A stretch of 64,000 nucleotides of DNA from Desulfurivibrionaceae bacterium (GCA_030145325.1 JAQYVW010000008.1:160-64159); one strand, 5' to 3'. Counted from the first letter of the stretch, positions 9,165-20,557 are shown. Program-made: numbers and translations. The notes: generated by a model from the sequence alone, not told the origin.

Positions 9165-11347
9165 CAGCCCACCACCTCCAGTTTGGCATAATCGAGATGC
9201 AGGGTTTTCCGGCCATGGCGAAGAAATTGCACATCCACCGAGCGCGGCGGCACCACCGCCTCAACCTTGCCCTCGCCGAAAAATGGGTGTTTCACCGCCA
9301 TCCCCACCGTGAAGGTTGGGCTTGCCTTACTTTGCCTCGGTATTTCAGGAGCCCGCGAAGCAGGCGAGCGCCGATATCCAGGCGGAGTGGTAAGGCCGCT
9401 ACGGGTACTAAGCAGTCCGGGCGGTAATTCAGCTAGAAACGGGCTGAGGGTGCCCATGGAGAGCGAGCGATCGTAGCCCACCACCTGCCGAGGATAGATA
9501 AAATAAAGATTCTTCTTGGCGCGGGTGGCCGCCACATAAAGGAGCCGCCGCTCCTCTTCCAATTGATCCGGCAACTCAGCCTGCCCGGAGGGGAATTTAC
9601 CTTCCACCAAATGAATAATGAACACCGCATCCCACTCCAGCCCCTTGGCAGAATGAACGGTGGAAAGAATCAAGCGGTCATCGCTGGCATCGGCTTGATG
9701 ATCAACTCCGCTGTCGGGCGGATCAAGGGCGGTGGCATCAATGAGGCTCTGTAGGTCTGGATATTCACCTAAGACCACCCGCAGCTGCTCAAGGTCGCGC
9801 ATGCGGCGGGGATAATCATCGTGATATATGCGCTCAAAGATCGGCTGGTAATATTCCATCACCAGATCAAACTGCTCCAATGGCGACAGCCCTTGCCCCA
9901 ACAGGGAAACCAACAAATCCACAAGCTCGGAAAAACCTTTGCGCCAGGTGGGAGCTGCCGGATATGCCTTGAGCATGGTCAAGGGGTCATCGGCACCCTT
10001 AATGGTGCCAAGAATCTTCTGCACCGTTTTCGGACCCACCTTATCAAGGAGCAGCAACAAGCGGTTCCAGGAGAGGTGATCGCTGGGGTTGCAGGTGACC
10101 CGCAGGAATGAAAGCAGATCCTTGGTGTGCGCCGATTCAGTTAGCTTGAGCCCGCCTCGTTTTTCAAAAGGTACCTGACGATGATTAAGCTCCATCTCAA
10201 GCTTATAGGAATGAAATCCAGAGCGGAACAGCACCGCCATCTCGCGCAACGGCATCCCCTCCTGTTGATGGGCCAAAATCCGCTCCACCACAAAACGGGC
10301 CTGCTCACTTTCGTCCCTCGCCCCCATCAACACCGGCTGCTCTCCACCCTCAATGCGGCTAAACAACGACTTGGTGTAACGCTGGGCGGCCCGCTCGATC
10401 ACCGCATTGGTGACGGTGAGGATGGGCTGACAAGAACGGTAGTTCTCCTCCAGGCGAATAATCTTGGTGCCAGGGAACAGATCGGGAAACTCCATGATAT
10501 TTTTGAAATCTGCGCCTCGGAAACTGTAGATGGACTGCGAGTCATCCCCCACCACCATCACGTTGTCGTGGGTGTGGGCAATGGCGCGAACAATCCCGGC
10601 CTGAATGCGGTTAGTGTCCTGATACTCGTCAACCATCACATGGCTAAAACGGTTTGAGATCTCCAGCTGCACCTCTGGGATCTCAAGAATCCGCTGCCAG
10701 TTGACCAGCAGATCGTCATAATCCATCAACCCGTGCTCAAGCTTGAACTTGCGGTAATGATCGTAAAGACGAACCAGATCATCCAAGAACTCGGCCAAAT
10801 GACCAAATTCATCATCAAGAAGTTCGCCAAGGGGCGTTGATTTATTTACTGATTTGCTGATCAGGTTAATGATCACCCGCTTGGAAGGAAAGCGCCTATT
10901 GGCAACCCCCATCGCCAACGAGGATTTGAGCAAGTTAACAATGCCTTCGGCATCGGAACGATCAATAATGGTAAAATTGGGGGCAAAGCCAAGATGATGG
11001 CCGTAACGACGCAAGAGAAGGTTGGAAACAGCGTGAAAGGTACCACCCATTACCCGCTGACAAGATTCGTCGATGAGGAAAGAAGCCCGGTGCAGCATCT
11101 CTTGGGCAGCTTTACGGGTAAAGGTGAGGAGAAGAATCTTCTCAGGCGCGATGCCCTGCTCGATGAGATGGGCCATCCGGTAAACCAGAGTCCGGGTCTT
11201 ACCGCTACCCGCTCCGGCAATAACCAACACCGGCCCAGACATGGTGGTGGCGGCCTGATACTGAGCCGGATTGAGATCCTGTTCACTGACCACCGGCTCG
11301 GCCTTTTGCGGCGGGGTGGCTCCCATGGGAAAAAGAGTCTGTTGCAT
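9164..11347 (-). CDS. uvrD: UvrD/PcrA-family ATP-dependent DNA helicase
   Basis: Motifs AGAGSGKT, VDEYQD, VGDDSQSIYSFRGA, LEENYRS, STVHSAKGLEW and EERRLLYVAATRAK, plus a C-terminal Tudor-like HPFFGEG. Start uncertain (11347 or 11383). Confidence 0.93.
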   Translation of the reverse strand: MQQTLFPMGATPPQKAEPVVSEQDLNPAQYQAATTMSGPVLVIAGAGSGKTRTLVYRMAHLIEQGIAPEKILLLTFTRKAAQEMLHRASFLIDESCQRVMGGTFHAVSNLLLRRYGHHLGFAPNFTIIDRSDAEGIVNLLKSSLAMGVANRRFPSKRVIINLISKSVNKSTPLGELLDDEFGHLAEFLDDLVRLYDHYRKFKLEHGLMDYDDLLVNWQRILEIPEVQLEISNRFSHVMVDEYQDTNRIQAGIVRAIAHTHDNVMVVGDDSQSIYSFRGADFKNIMEFPDLFPGTKIIRLEENYRSCQPILTVTNAVIERAAQRYTKSLFSRIEGGEQPVLMGARDESEQARFVVERILAHQQEGMPLREMAVLFRSGFHSYKLEMELNHRQVPFEKRGGLKLTESAHTKDLLSFLRVTCNPSDHLSWNRLLLLLDKVGPKTVQKILGTIKGADDPLTMLKAYPAAPTWRKGFSELVDLLVSLLGQGLSPLEQFDLVMEYYQPIFERIYHDDYPRRMRDLEQLRVVLGEYPDLQSLIDATALDPPDSGVDHQADASDDRLILSTVHSAKGLEWDAVFIIHLVEGKFPSGQAELPDQLEEERRLLYVAATRAKKNLYFIYPRQVVGYDRSLSMGTLSPFLAELPPGLLSTRSGLTTPPGYRRSPASRAPEIPRQSKASPTFTVGMAVKHPFFGEGKVEAVVPPRSVDVQFLRHGRKTLHLDYAKLEVVG

Positions 11348-11565
11348 GGCGGCCAATGTACCACAGAGACTATCCCCCTGCAACGCCGAAGCCCCAACAT
11401 GATCTGCTCCGAGAAGGGGTCACACAAGTATTTTTTGATTTGCTAATTGACGGATTTTGATTTGACGGTCACTGAAGGCCGATGTACTGTTACAAAGTTT
11501 TTGCTGCTAAAAATAATTTCCGATTAAACAATCACCGCCAAGTCATAAGAGCAAGAGGTGCCACC

Positions 11566-11964
11566 ATGAACAGCAACGAATTCAACAAAATTTTCAACCA
11601 ACAAACGTTGGCCGAAATCTTTCCAGCCCACCGGGCCAACCAATTTTTTGAAGCCCTTTTCGGTGACGCTTCGGAAGGCGCATATGATATCAGCCTGGCC
11701 TTCATTGAACATCGCGCCACTGACAACACCCTTCTCTTCGAACTGCAACTAAGTCAACGTCCGGGATGTTGCCTGGCCTGTAACCTTACCCATGGCCTGC
11801 CCACGGTCTTTACCCGTCATCCCATCATCAACATCAATGGCGTGGTGGCGGAGATCGACAAACTTATTGGCGACAACGTCTCCTGCAGAGATTGGCGACT
11901 GGGCGCAACCAACAGTGTCTCCAGTGCCTTGCACACCTTACCACTGACCATCAACCTCGCCTGA
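11566..11964 (+). CDS. Conserved hypothetical protein with CCLACNLT motif
   Basis: GAGGTG RBS then ATG at 11566. The FFEALFGDASEGAYDI and RPGCCLACNLTHGLP motifs resemble a small family I recall from Desulfobacterota. Confidence 0.75.
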   Translation: MNSNEFNKIFNQQTLAEIFPAHRANQFFEALFGDASEGAYDISLAFIEHRATDNTLLFELQLSQRPGCCLACNLTHGLPTVFTRHPIININGVVAEIDKLIGDNVSCRDWRLGATNSVSSALHTLPLTINLA

Positions 11965-12060
11965 TCCCACAAACCTCATCCGAACCCGGTGAGCATGGGG
12001 CAAAACACGTTTCTCCAACACCAAACAAGGGCGGTGACGACGGCCACAAGCACCCAGACC

Positions 12061-12825
12061 CTACACGGGTAGGATTGAAAGATTAGAAAAATAACGGCCC
12101 ACATCTTCAGGGCGATGCGCGTCAGAACCCGCTTCCAAGCGTAGGCCCAAGGCAACGGCCTGGTGGATGATCGCTAACGCCGGGTACGGCTCGTTACGCA
12201 ACGGGAACCCGGACGTATTTACCTCCAGAGCCATATTCCGTTCCAGCAACGCGGCCAGGATTGCCTCTATCTGCTCAAGGTGATGGGGGCTGAGACATAA
12301 ACCAGGGTGGTGCCGCAACGCCGCATCAAGATGGCAAAGGACATTCCCCGGCAACTCACATATCGCGTCCAGTAAACCGGCAAAATATCGATCCAGAATC
12401 TTACTGACTCCCACCCCACGAAAAACATCCATATTTTCACGCTTCCGGCTCAACAGATTATAATGATGACCGGCAACCTCCATAAAATGATACGAGATGC
12501 CCACCCGGTCCCACCGGTACTTAGCGAGAAATTCTTTAAGCTCATCCACCCGCTCCGGATTATATCCCACCTCAACCCCTAGGCCGATATTGATCTGATC
12601 ACCGTATTTGCCGCGCAACCTTCGCCCTTCCTGATGGTAGGAGGCAAAATCATCCTCGGTGAGCCAGGTGGTTTCAAAATAATTTATGCCTATCTCCAGG
12701 TGCTCCAGAAAAACCAACCCTTCCAGGCCACACTCAATTGCGGCCTGGACGTACTCCTCCATGGTGCCAACGGCATGATGACAGAGGAAAGTATGCACAT
12801 GATGATCGACAGCGGTTTTGATCAT
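12061..12825 (-). CDS. PHP-family histidinol-phosphatase (HisJ/HisK type)
   Basis: Motifs DHHVHT, EH, GVEV, HLD, LEVNTSG and GSDAH. Confidence 0.88.
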   Translation of the reverse strand: MIKTAVDHHVHTFLCHHAVGTMEEYVQAAIECGLEGLVFLEHLEIGINYFETTWLTEDDFASYHQEGRRLRGKYGDQINIGLGVEVGYNPERVDELKEFLAKYRWDRVGISYHFMEVAGHHYNLLSRKRENMDVFRGVGVSKILDRYFAGLLDAICELPGNVLCHLDAALRHHPGLCLSPHHLEQIEAILAALLERNMALEVNTSGFPLRNEPYPALAIIHQAVALGLRLEAGSDAHRPEDVGRYFSNLSILPV

Positions 12826-12858
12826 TGCTAATTAAACCCTTAACAGCTGATATCACAT

Positions 12859-12896
12859 AAAAAAAGGCACGTCCTCGCATAGCAAGAACGCGCCCT
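12859..12896 (-). terminator. Probable intrinsic terminator
   Basis: Minus strand GGGCGCGTTCTTGC-TAT-GCGAGGACGTGCC followed by a T run, after the 62-aa ORF. Confidence 0.55.
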
Positions 12897-12920
12897 CAAA
12901 TTCATCACGATTCGTACTGA

Positions 12921-13109
12921 CTAACAGTTACCCTTGGGGAAGAAATGAAGGATACCGTTAACCTCAGAAGTATCACAGATATCACCGGGTCCAAATTCAA
13001 TCAGATCTTCATAACCCTGAACCGGTAACGCCAAGGGCTGTCCGTCCGGCATGTGATAGACAATGGTTTTCACATTTTCCATATTGATCGCTGGAGATAG
13101 CCATTCCAT
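12921..13109 (-). CDS. Small hypothetical protein (62 aa)
   Basis: Strong AAGGAGG RBS before ATG 13109 and its own terminator; protein-like composition. Confidence 0.7.
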   Translation of the reverse strand: MEWLSPAINMENVKTIVYHMPDGQPLALPVQGYEDLIEFGPGDICDTSEVNGILHFFPKGNC

Positions 13110-13269
13110 AGTTTGTTACCTCCTTGTAACTGGTTTCTCTTACCTTACTTATCGGAATACAACAGCACCGACTGTAATCTATTCGTCGCTATTTTTTCAG
13201 CTGGTGGAAATACAGCAGTTGACATCAACACTGTTAAGCATTTAAGCGGTTTCGGCAAGGATAAAAAAC

Positions 13270-15402
13270 TCAATAAGAATTTCTTACCAAAACCTCACGG
13301 GCTTTAGCGCCGTCAGCGGCACCGACCACCCCCTCCTGTTCCATGCGCTCAATTATTCGCGCCGCTCGATTGTAACCTATCCGCAGACGTCGCTGCACCA
13401 TGGAAATGGAGGCCTGGCCCGCTTCACAGACCAAGGCCAAAGCCTCGTCATATTTCTCGTCATAATCCTCCTCAACAGTACCGTCATTCTCCGGCTCGTC
13501 GGTAATCTGAAGCATGGACTCTTCATACTTGGCGGTACCCTGCCCTTTCAAGAAGTTAACGATGCGTTCGATTTCCTTCTCGGAGATGTACGCACCATGG
13601 ATCCGTTGCAGCTTAGCTACCCCCGGCGGTAGGAAGAGCATGTCTCCTGCTCCCAGCAGATGCTCAGCACCACTGGTGTCGATGATGGTTCGCGAATCGA
13701 TCTTGGAGGAAACCTTGAAGGAAATACGGGTGGGGAAGTTGGCCTTGATCAGGCCGGTAAGCACATCCACCGACGGTCTCTGGGTGGCTAGGATGAGATG
13801 CATCCCTGCGGCACGAGCCATCTGCGCCAAACGCGCCACCGAATCTTCAACCTCACGGGAGGAAACCATCATCAAGTCAGCCAACTCGTCGATGATGATG
13901 ATAATCAATGGCAATTTTTCTTCGGCGACTTCATTATAACCGGCCAGACTCTTAACCCGCGCCTCTTCCATGAGCTGATAACGACGCTCCATTTCCCGCA
14001 CCGCCCACTGCAGCGCGCGGCTGGCTAGTTTAGGATCAACCACCACCGGATGAAGAAGATGGGGAATATCCTCATAGGCGGAAAGCTCAATCCGCTTGGG
14101 ATCAACCATCAACATCCGCACCTCTGCAGGAGTTGATTTCATCAGGATCGAGCTGATAATGGTATTGATCCCCACACTCTTACCCGCGCCGGTGGCCCCG
14201 GCGATGAGCAAATGGGGCATTTTGGCGAGATTAGCCACCACCGGGTTACCCACCACATCCATACCCAAAGCGATGGTAAGTCGGGAAACCGCTTTCAGAA
14301 ACGATTCACCAGCAACAATATCACGAAAATAAACAATATGTCGCTCGGGGTTAGGAATTTCAATCCCCAGGGCCGCCTTACCGGGAACAGAACCAACAAT
14401 ACGAACGCTTTCAGCCTTGAGGCCAAGGGCCAGGTCATCGGCCAAAGCGACAATCTTATTGATCTTCACCCCAGGGGCCGGAGCAAACTCGTAGGTGGTG
14501 ATCACCGGGCCGGGAGAAATACCCTCGACCTTGCCGATCACCCCAAAATCCTTTAATTTTTCCTCAAGCAGACGGCTCACCGCATAATAATGATCGCGAT
14601 CAACAACCATCTCGCTCCGTTCCGGCTTATCCAATAGATTAATGGACGGAAGCTGGTACTTACCGGGCGAAACCGGCAGGGTCTGAAACTCATCATCCTC
14701 GCCGCTATCTTCGGGTGGAGCCACCGGCGTATGAACATTGGGAACGCTGGCAGGAGATTCCTTTACCGGCGGTACTTCAGGCTTAAGCTCTTTCTTGACC
14801 CCAACCTTAGCAATGCTCCCCTCCTCTTTCACTTGCTTACGCAGCCGCTCCCGAACCAGCGTGGAAGTCTGGCCCAGCCTGCGGCCAAAACCATAGACGG
14901 AGAAACGAACCGAAACCATCAGGGAGACAAGGAGAACCAGAAGAAAAAGAAGAACGGAACCAGGCCCACCGAAATAAGTACCCAGATAAAAATAGAGCAG
15001 AGTACCCAGGGTACCACCAGCAGGGAAGGTATGAGCAAAGATGGCAAAAGAATCAACCCCAGTGGCGGCCAAAAGACCACTGCTGGCGATAAGAATACCG
15101 GTGACCCCTCCACACACAAAGGGGAGGTCCTGTAAGGAAAATCGGGAGAAAAATATCCGGACGGCAAAAAGGAAAAGAAGAATGGGAATCCAAAAACTAC
15201 TGAAACCGAAAACACCCATCAGAGCCAAGGAGATGAGGTTACCCACCACCCCCCCCCAGTTCTTCACCGGAAGAGCAGAAGAAGTGGGCAGGTAACTGAG
15301 CAGGCAGATCAACAAAAAAAGAGCGAAAAACCCCAGTACCACCGCCAGGATTTCCCGATTCAAGGATGGCGCTGCCGACTCCTGACTTTGTCCCTTGGCC
15401 AT
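13270..15402 (-). CDS. ftsK: DNA translocase FtsK
   Basis: N-terminal 4TM region; PHLLIAGATGAGKS, IDELADLMM, ATQRPSVDV; gamma domain SISMVQRRLRIGYNRAARI. Confidence 0.97.
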   Translation of the reverse strand: MAKGQSQESAAPSLNREILAVVLGFFALFLLICLLSYLPTSSALPVKNWGGVVGNLISLALMGVFGFSSFWIPILLFLFAVRIFFSRFSLQDLPFVCGGVTGILIASSGLLAATGVDSFAIFAHTFPAGGTLGTLLYFYLGTYFGGPGSVLLFLLVLLVSLMVSVRFSVYGFGRRLGQTSTLVRERLRKQVKEEGSIAKVGVKKELKPEVPPVKESPASVPNVHTPVAPPEDSGEDDEFQTLPVSPGKYQLPSINLLDKPERSEMVVDRDHYYAVSRLLEEKLKDFGVIGKVEGISPGPVITTYEFAPAPGVKINKIVALADDLALGLKAESVRIVGSVPGKAALGIEIPNPERHIVYFRDIVAGESFLKAVSRLTIALGMDVVGNPVVANLAKMPHLLIAGATGAGKSVGINTIISSILMKSTPAEVRMLMVDPKRIELSAYEDIPHLLHPVVVDPKLASRALQWAVREMERRYQLMEEARVKSLAGYNEVAEEKLPLIIIIIDELADLMMVSSREVEDSVARLAQMARAAGMHLILATQRPSVDVLTGLIKANFPTRISFKVSSKIDSRTIIDTSGAEHLLGAGDMLFLPPGVAKLQRIHGAYISEKEIERIVNFLKGQGTAKYEESMLQITDEPENDGTVEEDYDEKYDEALALVCEAGQASISMVQRRLRIGYNRAARIIERMEQEGVVGAADGAKAREVLVRNSY

Positions 15403-15421
15403 AAACTGATCTCAGAGCTGT

Positions 15422-15883
15422 TCAATCATTAGCGGCGGTATCAACACTGCTACTCTTGGTTTCCAACTGGGTCTGCGGCTTGACATCCTTGGCAATCCCA
15501 TCAAGGATACCATTGATAAACGGGGCCGATTCTTCACTACTAAATCGCTTTGATACTTCCAAGGCCTCATTAATCACCACCTGAGCCGGGATATCGGGCC
15601 TAAAACAAAGTTCATAGGCACCAATGCGGATGATATTCCGGTCCACCAAGGACATCCGCTCCATCCGCCAGTTTTGCGCCTGAGTGGATATACGTTGATC
15701 GAGTTCATCATGATGCGCCACCAACCCATCCACCAACTCGGTGGCATAGGGCAGAGCCTTCTTATTGATCTCAAAATGCTCACGGAGGAGCAAGAAGGTT
15801 TCAGAAACCGGCTTGCCACTTTGATCGCTCTGGTAAAGAGATTGCAGAACCAGTTCCCTGGCCTTACGTCGTAAACTGCTCAT
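15422..15883 (-). CDS. nusB: Transcription antitermination factor NusB
   Basis: Motifs RRKARE, NWRMERMSLVDRNI, INEALE and FINGILD. Confidence 0.96.
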   Translation of the reverse strand: MSSLRRKARELVLQSLYQSDQSGKPVSETFLLLREHFEINKKALPYATELVDGLVAHHDELDQRISTQAQNWRMERMSLVDRNIIRIGAYELCFRPDIPAQVVINEALEVSKRFSSEESAPFINGILDGIAKDVKPQTQLETKSSSVDTAAND

Positions 15884-15889
15884 TTATTA

Positions 15890-16354
15890 TTATATCTGCC
15901 CCAACAGATTGACCATTTCGATGGCGGCCATGGCGCACTCGGAGCCCTTGTTTCCAGCCTTGGAACCTGCCCGTTCAATGGCCTGCTCAATGCTGTCAGT
16001 GGTGAGAACGCCGAAAAGGATCGGCAAACCGGTATCCATGCCCACCTGGGCGATGCCCTTGGCCGCCTCGTTGATCACCAGATCAAAATGCGGGGTGGCT
16101 CCACGAATAACCACTCCGAGGCAGATTACGGCATCATACTTGCCTGAACGCGCCATCTTTTGCGCCACCAACGGCAGCTCATAAGCTCCTGGGACACGGG
16201 CGACATCGATATCGGTGCTGGCAGCGCCGGAACGCTGCAACGAATCAATGGCACCTTCCAGGAGACGTTCGGATATAAAAGAGTTGAAACGGGCAACAAT
16301 AATGCCGAATTTCTTGCCTTCCGCACTTAAATTACCTTCCAGAAAATTAGCCAT
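15890..16354 (-). CDS. ribH: 6,7-dimethyl-8-ribityllumazine synthase
   Basis: Motifs [20 protein letters not shown] and GNKG. GGAGG RBS before ATG 16354. Confidence 0.97.
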   Translation of the reverse strand: MANFLEGNLSAEGKKFGIIVARFNSFISERLLEGAIDSLQRSGAASTDIDVARVPGAYELPLVAQKMARSGKYDAVICLGVVIRGATPHFDLVINEAAKGIAQVGMDTGLPILFGVLTTDSIEQAIERAGSKAGNKGSECAMAAIEMVNLLGQI

Positions 16355-16407
16355 TACTTCCTCCACATTTGGATATTTTGAAAATTAAAACCTTTAGAAG
16401 GTATTCT

Positions 16408-17628
16408 TTATTTGTTACCGCCAGACAACATATCCAGCATATGTCCCATTTTATCTTTCTTGCATTTCAGATACTCGAGATTGTCCACTCCCGGCTCAAC
16501 CTCAACCGGCAACCTCTCCGCAACCTCGATCCCATAGCCCTCTAACCCAACGATCTTCTTTGGGTTATTGGTGATCAAACGCATCTTGCGAATACCAAGA
16601 TCACGAAGAATCTGGGCGCCGATACCATAATCACGCAGATCAGCCTTGAAGCCCAATTCCAGGTTCGCTTCCACAGTATCCATGCCCTGATCTTGCAAGG
16701 CATAGGCCTTGAGCTTGTTGACCAGACCGATGCCGCGCCCTTCCTGATGCATATAGAGAATGACGCCGTTGCCTTCCTTCTCCACCATCTTCATCGCCGC
16801 ATGCAGCTGACTTCCACAGTCGCAACGCAGGGAACCAAAGACATCGCCGGTGAGACACTCGGAATGCACCCGCACCATCACCGGTTTTTCAGGATTAATC
16901 TTGCCCTTAATCAAAGCCAGATGTTCATAGTTGTCAACATCGTTAGTATAAACGATGGCGGTGAAATCGCCACCATAACAGGTGGGCATCTTAGTCTCGG
17001 CTGCCCGATGGACAAGGCTGTCCTTCTCGATCCGATAGGCGATGAGATCGGCAATGGTACAAACCTTAAGCTTATGTTTCTTGGCGAATTTTTTCAGATC
17101 CGGCAGCCGAGCCATGGTGCCGTCGTCCTTCATAATCTCGCAGATCACCCCAGCTGGTTGGAGCCCGGCAAGACGAGCCAAATCAACCGACCCTTCGGTC
17201 TGGCCGGTACGAACCAAAACCCCGCCCCGTTTAGCGCGGAGAGGGAATATATGCCCAGGGCTGACCAGATCGGATGGTTTCACATCCTCACGAGCCGCCA
17301 CCTGAATGGTTCGGGCCCGATCAGCAGCAGAGATACCAGTGGTGACACCTGTACGAGCCTCAATACTGACCGTGAAAGCTGTCTCATAAGGAGACTGGTT
17401 GTCACGAACCATCATCGGCAGTTTTAATTTTTCCAGTTGATCCGGGGTCAGAGTCAAACAGATCAACCCCCGGCCATGGGTAGCCATGAAATTAACCGCA
17501 TCCGGGGTCACCAGATGGGCGGCCATACAGAGATCACCCTCGTTTTCGCGATCCTCGTCATCCATAAGGATAACCATCTTACCGGCACGAATATCTTCGA
17601 TACATTCCTCAATGGTATTAACCGTCAT
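16408..17628 (-). CDS. ribBA: Bifunctional DHBP synthase/GTP cyclohydrolase II
   Basis: Motifs [44 protein letters not shown] and TNNPKK. Confidence 0.97.
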   Translation of the reverse strand: MTVNTIEECIEDIRAGKMVILMDDEDRENEGDLCMAAHLVTPDAVNFMATHGRGLICLTLTPDQLEKLKLPMMVRDNQSPYETAFTVSIEARTGVTTGISAADRARTIQVAAREDVKPSDLVSPGHIFPLRAKRGGVLVRTGQTEGSVDLARLAGLQPAGVICEIMKDDGTMARLPDLKKFAKKHKLKVCTIADLIAYRIEKDSLVHRAAETKMPTCYGGDFTAIVYTNDVDNYEHLALIKGKINPEKPVMVRVHSECLTGDVFGSLRCDCGSQLHAAMKMVEKEGNGVILYMHQEGRGIGLVNKLKAYALQDQGMDTVEANLELGFKADLRDYGIGAQILRDLGIRKMRLITNNPKKIVGLEGYGIEVAERLPVEVEPGVDNLEYLKCKKDKMGHMLDMLSGGNK

Positions 17629-17735
17629 TCTTTCACCACCACAACCGCCCTGAACACTAGGCGTAAGAAGCATTTACTCAAAAAAATGCCACCACTGATT
17701 GCATTCAGCAGCAACTTAAATATCAATTATATTTA

Positions 17736-18395
17736 CTATCGTAAAAAACCATGCTCAGCGAGAAAGGCGGGATTAAGCGCTGATTTCTCCGCCGCCCCGT
17801 CACCACCCTTGACGGCCAGCAGCTTTTCAACATATTTGCCGATCAGATCAACCTCGATATTAACCGTATCACCCTGTTTCCGTTTGCCCAGAGTGGTAAT
17901 CTCCAGGGTGTGGGGAATGATCGCCACCGAAAAGGTTTTATCATCACAATGGTTGACGGTGAGGCTGATGCCGTCGATACAGATGGAACCCTTCTCGATA
18001 ATGTAACGACCAAAACCTGCGGGGACAGAAAAGATGAAACGGATAAAATCCCCTTCAGGTTTGCGCTCAATGATGGAAGCAACCGCGTCCACATGGCCGC
18101 TTACCATGTGCCCGCCCAGCCGATCGGCAAGCCGTAAGGCCCGCTCCAAATTCACCACGCTGCCCACCGCCAGATCGCCGAGGTTAGTGCGCGACAAGGA
18201 TTCAGGCGAGACATCAACGGTGAAACGTCGATCTTTAATCCCCATGGCGGTTAAGCAAACACCGTTAACGGCGATGCTTTCCCCTTCCTCGGGATCGGTG
18301 AGATCAAAATCAGCCTCCAGACCGAAGACCATGCCGCCACCAGATGGCCGTTTCTCGACCAGTTTGCCTTTGCCCAATACCAATCCGGTAAACAT
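17736..18395 (-). CDS. ribE: Riboflavin synthase
   Basis: MFTGL start; SIAVNGVCLT, GGHMVSGHVD and KGSICIDGISLTV. Confidence 0.96.
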   Translation of the reverse strand: MFTGLVLGKGKLVEKRPSGGGMVFGLEADFDLTDPEEGESIAVNGVCLTAMGIKDRRFTVDVSPESLSRTNLGDLAVGSVVNLERALRLADRLGGHMVSGHVDAVASIIERKPEGDFIRFIFSVPAGFGRYIIEKGSICIDGISLTVNHCDDKTFSVAIIPHTLEITTLGKRKQGDTVNIEVDLIGKYVEKLLAVKGGDGAAEKSALNPAFLAEHGFLR

Positions 18396-18409
18396 TGTCT
18401 TAAAACCTT

Positions 18410-18505
18410 GTTTTAAGTGTTAAGTTTTAAGCTTTAAACAACAAACACACTAAAAAAAAACAAACTATTCCAGCACTTTAACACGTAAAATCTAAAACTT
18501 AAAAC
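18410..18505. repeat. Inverted arrays of degenerate heptamers (GTTTTAA x4 ... TTAAAAC x4)
   Basis: gttttaa gtgttaa gttttaa gctttaa at 18410-18437 and ttaacac gtaaaat ctaaaac ttaaaac at 18478-18505. Confidence 0.75.
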
Positions 18506-19601
18506 TGCTCTTCAAAAACCCCTGGATAAAAAAATCGTCGCCGTAGCGGCGGGTTTGCATCTTTTCAAGCCGCAGCGCACCCTGGACGGTATCAACCCCC
18601 ATCCCTCCCACCACCGGCATCCCGTCGCCACCAATGAAACAGGGCGCGACGTAGAGATTAACCTCATCCACCAATTGCTGCTGTAAAAAGGCACCATGCA
18701 CCTGGCCACCGCCTTCCACCAATACAGAGTTCAACTGCTGCCGACCAAGCTCCCGCAACACCGCAGTCAACTCAATGGTACCGGTGTCGGCAAGAGGAAC
18801 CGGGGTGATCTTTGCACCTGCCGCCTCCAGAACCTCAACCTTTGTGGAATCAGGATTCGGCCCACAAAAAATCCAGGTAGGGGCTGACGATTCCTGCGAC
18901 AACATCTTGGCGCTGGGCGATAAACGCAAGTTTGTATCAAGCACCACCCGCAGGGGGTCACGGCCCACCCTTTTTGGTAAACGAGTGGTCAATGATGGAT
19001 CGTCAGCCAAGGCGGTGCCGATCCCCACCAAAATAACATCAACCCGGTCACGCAACCGGTGCACTGCCGCCCGTGACTGCATATTGGTGATCCAACCACT
19101 ATGACCCGTATGGGTAGCAATGCGTCCATCAAGGCTCATCCCCGCCTTCATAATCACCCATGGCAAGCCGGTGGTGACATGCTTGGCAAAGGGACGATTA
19201 ATGGCCTGGCACTGGTCTACCAATACCTGGCGCGTAACAGACATACCTTGGGCCTCTAGGAAATCAGCGCCGCCGGTGGCAATGGGGTTGGGGTCAGCCA
19301 TGCCCACCACCAAGCGTTTGATCCCGGCAGCGAGAATTGCCTTGGTGCAGGGAGGGGTGCGACCAGTATGGTTGCACGGCTCCAAAGTTACGTAGATGGT
19401 GGCGTCCATGGCCGCTACACCGGCATCAACCAAGGCATTGATCTCGGCATGGGGCTCGCCCGCTCGCTGGTGATAGCCCTTGCCAACCACCTGGCCGTTC
19501 TTCACCACCACCGCACCAACCGCCGGATTAGGGGAGGTGCAGCCTAATCCCTTCTTGGCCTCACGCAAGGCCAAGCGCATAAAATTCAGATCAGAGCTCA
19601 A
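18492..19601 (-). CDS. ribD: Riboflavin biosynthesis deaminase/reductase
   Basis: Motifs [31 protein letters not shown] and VEGG. Confidence 0.97.
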   Translation of the reverse strand: MSSDLNFMRLALREAKKGLGCTSPNPAVGAVVVKNGQVVGKGYHQRAGEPHAEINALVDAGVAAMDATIYVTLEPCNHTGRTPPCTKAILAAGIKRLVVGMADPNPIATGGADFLEAQGMSVTRQVLVDQCQAINRPFAKHVTTGLPWVIMKAGMSLDGRIATHTGHSGWITNMQSRAAVHRLRDRVDVILVGIGTALADDPSLTTRLPKRVGRDPLRVVLDTNLRLSPSAKMLSQESSAPTWIFCGPNPDSTKVEVLEAAGAKITPVPLADTGTIELTAVLRELGRQQLNSVLVEGGGQVHGAFLQQQLVDEVNLYVAPCFIGGDGMPVVGGMGVDTVQGALRLEKMQTRRYGDDFFIQGFLKSSFKF

Positions 19602-20068
19602 CTGCCCTTGCCCTGATTATTATCCAGCATTCCCTTCAGCTCGTCCATGAACTCGCTGAGATCCTTAAACTGCCGATAAACGGAAGCGAAACGAACATAG
19701 GCAACTTCATCAAGATCCTTCAAACCCTTCATCACCCGCTCGCCAACCATATCCACCGAAATCTCACGCTCACCAAGATCCTGAAATTCACGCTCCATGG
19801 CATCGACAAACTCGTCGATCATCTCGATGCTCACCGGTCGCTTCTCGCAAGCTTTCTTCAGCCCTTCCACCACCTTGTGTCGGTCCCACGCTTCACGACG
19901 ACCATCTTTCTTAACCAACATCGGCATGGTAACTTCCAACCGCTCATAGGTGGTAAAACGACGGGTACACTCTTCACAGAGCCGTCGCCGTCGGGTAATG
20001 GTGTATTCCTTGTTAAGTCGAGAATCAACCACCCTGTTCTCAAGATGTCCGCAGTAAGGACATTTCAT
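19598..20068 (-). CDS. nrdR: Transcriptional repressor NrdR
   Basis: MKCPYC...[18 protein letters not shown] cone, and [10 protein letters not shown]. Confidence 0.97.
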   Translation of the reverse strand: MKCPYCGHLENRVVDSRLNKEYTITRRRRLCEECTRRFTTYERLEVTMPMLVKKDGRREAWDRHKVVEGLKKACEKRPVSIEMIDEFVDAMEREFQDLGEREISVDMVGERVMKGLKDLDEVAYVRFASVYRQFKDLSEFMDELKGMLDNNQGKGS

Positions 20069-20100
20069 GATCTATCACCTTAGATATATTGACAACTGAT

Positions 20101-20553
20101 CTAAAACTGTACCAATTCGACCCCTGCCTCTTCCAACATCTTCCCACCGAGAAAGTCAGCATACCCTTCCCGGTAATAAATCTTTTGAATCCCGGCATTA
20201 ATCAGCATCTTGCTACAGATCGAACAAGGAGAATTGGTGCAATAGAGGGTTGCTCCTTCAACACTCACCCCATGCAAAGCGGCCTGGATGATGGCGTTCT
20301 GCTCGGCGTGCAACCCCCGACAGAGTTCATGTCGCTCACCAGAGGGGATGTTTTGCTGTTCCCGAAGACAACCCACCTCTAAACAATGACTGACCTTCCG
20401 TGGCGCCCCATTGTAACCAGTGGCAATGATATGTTTATCGCGCACCAGAATCGCCCCCACCCGCCGCCGCAAACAAGTAGCACGCTGGGCAACCAGAGAG
20501 GTAATGGACATGAAGTATTCATCCCACGAAGGGCGATCGGTGGTTTCCAACAT
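20101..20553 (-). CDS. dCMP deaminase family protein
   Basis: Motifs [22 protein letters not shown] and PCSIC. Start reassigned to ATG 20553, just after the glyA stop. Confidence 0.92.
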   Translation of the reverse strand: MLETTDRPSWDEYFMSITSLVAQRATCLRRRVGAILVRDKHIIATGYNGAPRKVSHCLEVGCLREQQNIPSGERHELCRGLHAEQNAIIQAALHGVSVEGATLYCTNSPCSICSKMLINAGIQKIYYREGYADFLGGKMLEEAGVELVQF

Positions 20554-20557
20554 AAGA

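Noticed and set aside
7513-11347. HNH nuclease plus UvrD helicase as an anti-phage system
   Set aside because: They flank folC in a housekeeping operon, and the helicase has a normal PcrA/UvrD layout.
16408-20100. FMN riboswitch ahead of the rib genes
   Set aside because: ribD overlaps nrdR, and no RFN consensus was seen in the short spacers.
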